Positions 59,939 through 64,000 of a stretch of 64,000 bases of DNA are shown one piece after another. This DNA is from Pseudomonadota bacterium (GTDB lineage: Bacteria; CALINM01). Numbering within the stretch: position 1 is the first letter of the stretch; every line of letters starts with the position of its first letter. The position numbers were made by a program, and so were the translations under genes. The stretch spans positions 4,245-68,244 of the forward strand of contig JAOABK010000008.1 in assembly GCA_026418415.1 (NCBI GenBank), given 5' to 3'. The notes below the pieces were generated by a model that was not told the origin of the DNA, did no database searches, and saw only the letters and a list, made by a program, of their open reading frames with translations.

Positions 59939-60790
59939 CTATCCCTCCAAAATAACATTGTCTATTAACCTTGTACTGCCTACAAATACTGCAAGAGCAA
60001 GAAGTTTTTTGCCATCAATATCTCCTTCTTCTATATACTCGAGGGTTTCGGGATCACAAATTTTAATGTAGTCAATCCTTGTATTAGGAGTATTATTAAC
60101 CAATTCTTCTATCCCCTTTATTATAAGTTTAACATCCTTTATACCGCTTTTAATCATATCTTTTGCAAGGAGAATAGATTTATATAGACATAGTGCTGAC
60201 TTTCTTTCTTCTTCACTAAGATATGAGTTTCTTGAACTCATGGCAAGCCCGTCATCTTCTCTCACTATAGGCATCCCAACAATTTCTACAGGAAAGTTCA
60301 AATCTCTTACCATTTTTTTTATAGTCACAAGTTGCTGAAAGTCCTTCTCACCGAAATAGGCTTTATCTGGCATAACAATGTTAAAGAGTTTACCCACAAC
60401 AGTAGTTACACCTCTAAAATGTCCTGGCCTTGAAGCACCACATAAATTTTTAGTTACCCCTTCTACAATAATTGTAGAGCTAAAGTCTGAATGATACATT
60501 TCTTGTACTTTTGGATAAAAAATGTAGTCAACCCCTTCTTTCTCAAGCATATTTTTATCTCTCTCAAAATCTCTTGGATACTTTGAGAGATCCTCTTTAG
60601 GACCAAACTGAATGGGATTAACAAAGATACTAACCACTGTTATATCACAATCTTTTTTTGATGCCCTTACAAGACTTAAGTGACCTTCGTGTAAATATCC
60701 CATAGTCGGAACAAATCCTATGGTTTTGCCATCTCTTTTAATACTCTTTGAAATAGTTTGCATCTCTTCAATTGAGGTTATAACTTTCAT
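59939..60790 (-). CDS. panC: Pantoate--beta-alanine ligase
   Basis: [36 protein letters not shown] motifs. Confidence 0.95.
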   Translation of the reverse strand: MKVITSIEEMQTISKSIKRDGKTIGFVPTMGYLHEGHLSLVRASKKDCDITVVSIFVNPIQFGPKEDLSKYPRDFERDKNMLEKEGVDYIFYPKVQEMYHSDFSSTIIVEGVTKNLCGASRPGHFRGVTTVVGKLFNIVMPDKAYFGEKDFQQLVTIKKMVRDLNFPVEIVGMPIVREDDGLAMSSRNSYLSEEERKSALCLYKSILLAKDMIKSGIKDVKLIIKGIEELVNNTPNTRIDYIKICDPETLEYIEEGDIDGKKLLALAVFVGSTRLIDNVILEG

Positions 60791-60800
60791 TCAACCTTCC

Positions 60801-61595
60801 TCATGAAAATATATGAGTTTCTTCTGGAAATTTTCCTGTTTTTACATCCTCTACGTAATTCTTTACTGCCCCTTCGATAAGTGGTGCCAAGTCAACATAT
60901 TTTTTGACAAACTTGGGTCTGAACCCCTCAAAGAGCCCCAAAATATCATTTATAACAAGTACTTGACCATCACAATATCTGCCCGCACCAATACCTATGG
61001 TAGGAATATTGACATTTTCAGTGATTTCCTTTGCAACATCCTCAGGCACACATTCCAAAACTATTGAGAATACCCCAGCCTCTTCAAGTGACTTGGCGCT
61101 TATAATCAATTTTCTTCTGGTGTCTTCAGTTTTACCTTGAACCTTATAACCACCAAGAGAATGAATAGATTGAGGAGTCAAGCCTATATGTCCCATTACT
61201 GGAATTCCAGAATGAGATAATTTTCTTACTAAATCAGCAATCTCTTGTCCACCCTCCAACTTTACTGCCTCTGCACCTGCTTTCAACATAAGTCCACAGT
61301 TTCTCACTGCGTCCTCAAATGATGTTTGATAAGATAAAAAGGGCATATCTGATACAAGAAGAGCGTTCTTTCTTGCCCTACTAACTGCTTTAGTGTGATA
61401 TAAAATCTCTTCGGTAGTAACGGGTAAAGTATTCTCATAGCCAGAAAAAATTGGACCAACAGAATCTCCAACCAATAAAATGTCAACACCGCATCTATCA
61501 ATTATAAGGGCGGTCGAATAATCGTAAGCAGTTAGCATAGTTATTTTTTCGCCCCTTTTCTTTTTTTCAATAATATTTGGTACTGTCGCCTTCAT
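60801..61595 (-). CDS. panB: 3-methyl-2-oxobutanoate hydroxymethyltransferase
   Basis: KITMLTAYDY, LVGDS, KLEGG, GHIGLTPQ motifs. The ATG at 61595 has GGAGG 5 nt upstream. The track start at 61607 is a TTG lying within that RBS. Confidence 0.95.
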   Translation of the reverse strand: MKATVPNIIEKKKRGEKITMLTAYDYSTALIIDRCGVDILLVGDSVGPIFSGYENTLPVTTEEILYHTKAVSRARKNALLVSDMPFLSYQTSFEDAVRNCGLMLKAGAEAVKLEGGQEIADLVRKLSHSGIPVMGHIGLTPQSIHSLGGYKVQGKTEDTRRKLIISAKSLEEAGVFSIVLECVPEDVAKEITENVNIPTIGIGAGRYCDGQVLVINDILGLFEGFRPKFVKKYVDLAPLIEGAVKNYVEDVKTGKFPEETHIFS

Positions 61596-61694
61596 AAATG
61601 CCTCCAAACAAAAAAACCTTCGAGACGAAAAATCCCGAAGGTATATTTTTCAGGTTTTTTCCGTCTCGGTCCCTTCTGGATCCAAGCGGTATAT
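61596..61694 (-). promoter_or_regulatory. Structured panBCD leader with mutually exclusive terminator and antiterminator helices (candidate riboswitch or attenuator)
   Basis: RNA sense strand: the terminator is CCUUCGGGA-UUUUUCG-UCUCGAAGG plus U7 (plus-strand coordinates 61610-61641). Upstream CGAGACG (61662-61668) can pair with CGUCUCG (61621-61627), which overlaps the terminator 3' arm. Upstream GAAGG can also pair with the terminator 5' arm CCUUC. Confidence 0.5.
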
Positions 61695-61700
61695 ATTTTA

Positions 61701-61729
61701 ATATTAAAATTTTAAAAAATTGTTGTCAA
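61701..61729 (-). promoter_or_regulatory. Sigma-70 promoter of the pan operon
   Basis: Minus strand: TTGACA (61729-61724), a 17-nt spacer, then TAATAT (61706-61701). Confidence 0.5.
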
Positions 61730-61836
61730 CACCAAATTAACAACTAAACTTTTTTTTCAAAACATCGTTATAATTTAATCTATAATTATAAAAAATTGTT
61801 TGATTTTTTTGTTACATGTAAAATAATATTTAGATA

Positions 61837-62235
61837 ATGAATATTCCAAGTATAGTTAAAGATTATGAAAAAATCTCATTTGTTAAACATTTAGGCATAA
61901 AAATTACAGAGATCTCCGACAATTCTGCTATAGGAACTATGAAAATTACTAAAAAGATGAAAAATTACATGGAACTGCTTCACGGTGGGGTTGTTGCATC
62001 TCTAATCGATACTGTAGCATTCTTCCCTGGAAAACTTCTTCCCGCTGGATTAACAATTACAACAATAAGCTTAGAAGTTAAATATATTAGACCTGTTTCT
62101 GTCGGAGAAATTCTTACTGCAATAGCCAACATAGTCCATTTAGGCAAAAAAATCGGTGTCATAGAAGTAGATGTTTTTAATTCTGAAGATAAACTTATCT
62201 CAAAGGGAATAGTGACAGTACTTGTGTTAAAATGA
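61837..62235 (+). CDS. PaaI-family hotdog-fold thioesterase
   Basis: LHGGVVASLIDT motif, 132 aa, typical hotdog length. Confidence 0.8.
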   Translation: MNIPSIVKDYEKISFVKHLGIKITEISDNSAIGTMKITKKMKNYMELLHGGVVASLIDTVAFFPGKLLPAGLTITTISLEVKYIRPVSVGEILTAIANIVHLGKKIGVIEVDVFNSEDKLISKGIVTVLVLK

Positions 62236-62268
62236 TTTTTGTGCTTACATTATATAAGGAGGTTCAAA

Positions 62269-62535
62269 ATGCCAAAAACCCACACAGTCAAAGTTACTTT
62301 TGGAGCAAAATATAGAAAAGATGACATTCTTTATGCAGAGGGCAACATTACATACAAAAATGAAAACTATTTGTGGACTGCCAAAGAATCACATTATGGT
62401 TTAGGTTGGGAAGTTGAGATACATGATAATGGCAAAATTGAACCAAAGGATGCAGATTTTTTGAAGGCTGCTATTTCTTCAAGTATTGATAGAAACATCG
62501 TAGAGACAAGATACAAACTTATATTAGAAAAGTGA
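62269..62535 (+). CDS. Hypothetical protein (88 aa)
   Basis: The ATG at 62269 is preceded by AAGGAGG (62256-62262). The track start at 62239 is TTG. The stop abuts the hemW start. No family recognised. Confidence 0.4.
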   Translation: MPKTHTVKVTFGAKYRKDDILYAEGNITYKNENYLWTAKESHYGLGWEVEIHDNGKIEPKDADFLKAAISSSIDRNIVETRYKLILEK

Positions 62536-63657
62536 ATGACCTTTGGTATTTATTTTCACGTCCCCTTCTGCAGAAGTAAGTGTTATTATTGCGGTTTTTA
62601 CTCTATAACAAATCTATCTCTTCAAGATGACTATATAAATGCTCTTTTAAAAGAAATATATAATAAAAAGATACTAATTTATGAACTTTCAAAAAAATAT
62701 AAAAAAATAACAATATTCTTAGGTGGTGGAACACCAACTCTCTTAAAACTCAAAAATTTAGAAAAAATATTAAATAGTATCAAAGACTTTATGGATAAAG
62801 TTATCGAATTCACTATAGAAGCCAATCCAGAAAGTGTTACTAAAGAAAAAATCGAGATTTATAGAAGTTTTGGAATAAACAGAATATCTATAGGCATTCA
62901 ATCATTTGATGATGATGTCTTATCTTTTTTAGGTAGGCCTCACAGGCTAAAAGATTCGCTTAAGGCATTAGAGATCGCTAAAAAGTACTTTGATAACATT
63001 TCCATTGATTTATTAGGTGGCATCCCAAACTTCAAAAATACATCTGAAACTTCTGAAAAATACATAATAGAATTTAAACCGAAACACATATCCTTTTACA
63101 ATTTGAGTAAAGACAAAAAAAATATATGGTCAAAAAAAATTAGAATTGATGATTCAAAACAAACGGAGGACTATATAAACTTCTGTGATCTTCTAAAAAA
63201 TTTAGATTACGAGCACTATGAGATTTCAAACTTTTCATTTAAGGGCTATCAATGCAAACATAATATAAATTACTGGCAAAGAGGAGAGTATATAGGATTT
63301 GGCCCATCTGCCGTATCTTTTTTAAAAAAAATATTAAATAATAAAGACATAAGATATAAAAATATCTCAAATCTAATCAGTTATATTGAAAATCCATTAA
63401 AAGCAAAAAGGGAAATAATAACTGAAGATAAAGCATTATGGGAGACCATATTCTTGAATTTGAGAAGAAAAAAAGGACTAAGCAAAAGATTACTATATAA
63501 AACAAACAATCAAACAAAAACAGAGAAAATTATTGAAAGAATAAACTATTTAACCAAAAATAATATATTAAGAGAAAATAAGAATTACTGGTATATTCCC
63601 GAAAAAAACTTCCTAATATCCAATGAAATACTTCTATGGATTCTAAAAGATATGTAA
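62536..63657 (+). CDS. hemW: Radical SAM heme chaperone HemW (HemN-like, oxygen-independent coproporphyrinogen oxidase family)
   Basis: YFHVPFCRSKCYYCGF (CxxxCxxC), GGGTP, HNINYWQRGEYIGFGPSA. 373 aa. Confidence 0.88.
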   Translation: MTFGIYFHVPFCRSKCYYCGFYSITNLSLQDDYINALLKEIYNKKILIYELSKKYKKITIFLGGGTPTLLKLKNLEKILNSIKDFMDKVIEFTIEANPESVTKEKIEIYRSFGINRISIGIQSFDDDVLSFLGRPHRLKDSLKALEIAKKYFDNISIDLLGGIPNFKNTSETSEKYIIEFKPKHISFYNLSKDKKNIWSKKIRIDDSKQTEDYINFCDLLKNLDYEHYEISNFSFKGYQCKHNINYWQRGEYIGFGPSAVSFLKKILNNKDIRYKNISNLISYIENPLKAKREIITEDKALWETIFLNLRRKKGLSKRLLYKTNNQTKTEKIIERINYLTKNNILRENKNYWYIPEKNFLISNEILLWILKDM

Positions 63658-63696
63658 GACTTGACTTTAAAGGAGATTATCTGTAAGTATATAAAC

Positions 63697-64000
63697 ATGG
63701 ATAAAATTATTAAACAAATAGAACCTATTGTTATTGGGTATCGAAGGGCTCTTCACGCAATACCTGAACCAGCTTATAAAGAAGAGAAGACAAGGGACTA
63801 TATAATAGAAATTCTTAAAGAAATTGGCTTAGAGCCTAAAAGATTAACAGAAACAGGGCTTATAGCAGATATTGATACTGAAAGGGAGGGATTAAATATC
63901 GCAATTCGTGCTGATATGGATGCCTTACCAGTTAAAGAAAAAACAGGTCTTGATTTTTCTTCCGAACACGAAGGATACATGCACGCTTGTGGTCACGATG
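63697..64000 (+). CDS. M20/M40 family amidohydrolase (N-acyl-amino-acid amidohydrolase-like), N-terminal fragment running off the window
   Basis: Not in the ORF track because there is no stop in the window. Translation MDKIIKQIEPIVIGYRRALHAIPEPAYKEEKTRDYI...IRADMDALPV...MHACGHD carries the RR.LH..PE and HACGHD family motifs. Confidence 0.8.
   Translation, partial: MDKIIKQIEPIVIGYRRALHAIPEPAYKEEKTRDYIIEILKEIGLEPKRLTETGLIADIDTEREGLNIAIRADMDALPVKEKTGLDFSSEHEGYMHACGHD

Overview
This is a densely packed, visibly AT-rich chromosomal segment; G+C looks like about one third by eye and was not computed. It comes from a Gram-negative-type bacterium, since LptE, LpxH, a GT9 heptosyltransferase, MurJ and a beta-barrel porin are all present. 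I call about 70 protein genes, one tRNA-Arg(ACG) and several regulatory or terminator elements. Most of the content is housekeeping: leuS, argS, rpsT, der, recG, ruvX, mltG, murJ, coaE, rluD/pgeF, panBCD, hemW, tatC and trkAH. The rest falls into three themes.

- **Nitrogen uptake:** a porin-amt-glnK-amt island whose second amt has a perfect sigma-54 promoter.
- **Second-messenger signalling:** a hybrid kinase, REC-HD-GYP-GGDDF, Cache/HAMP/GAF-GGDEF, a HEAT-repeat/HD-GYP pair and a cNMP-binding protein.
- **Anaerobe or thermophile-style redox and tRNA chemistry:** two pentaheme c-type cytochromes, a hemerythrin, a nitroreductase and a TtuA/TtuB-like thiolation pair.

Many genes are coupled by ATGA/GTGA overlaps, and several convergent genes overlap at their 3' ends. 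I saw no CRISPR array, transposase, integrase, prophage or recognisable defence island.

The best candidates for undescribed biology are modest:
1. A terminator/antiterminator leader upstream of panBCD, which could be a riboswitch (possibly 'pan' motif-like).
2. A tandem HEAT-repeat protein and HD-GYP phosphodiesterase that share a paralogous N-terminal domain.
3. An MBL-hydrolase/orphan binding-protein/diguanylate-cyclase operon.
4. An unannotated 56-aa zinc-ribbon gene beside a cytochrome/hemerythrin pair.
5. Recurring AATCA-type motifs in the two nitrogen-island promoter regions.

Family assignments come from motif recognition by eye, not from database searches.
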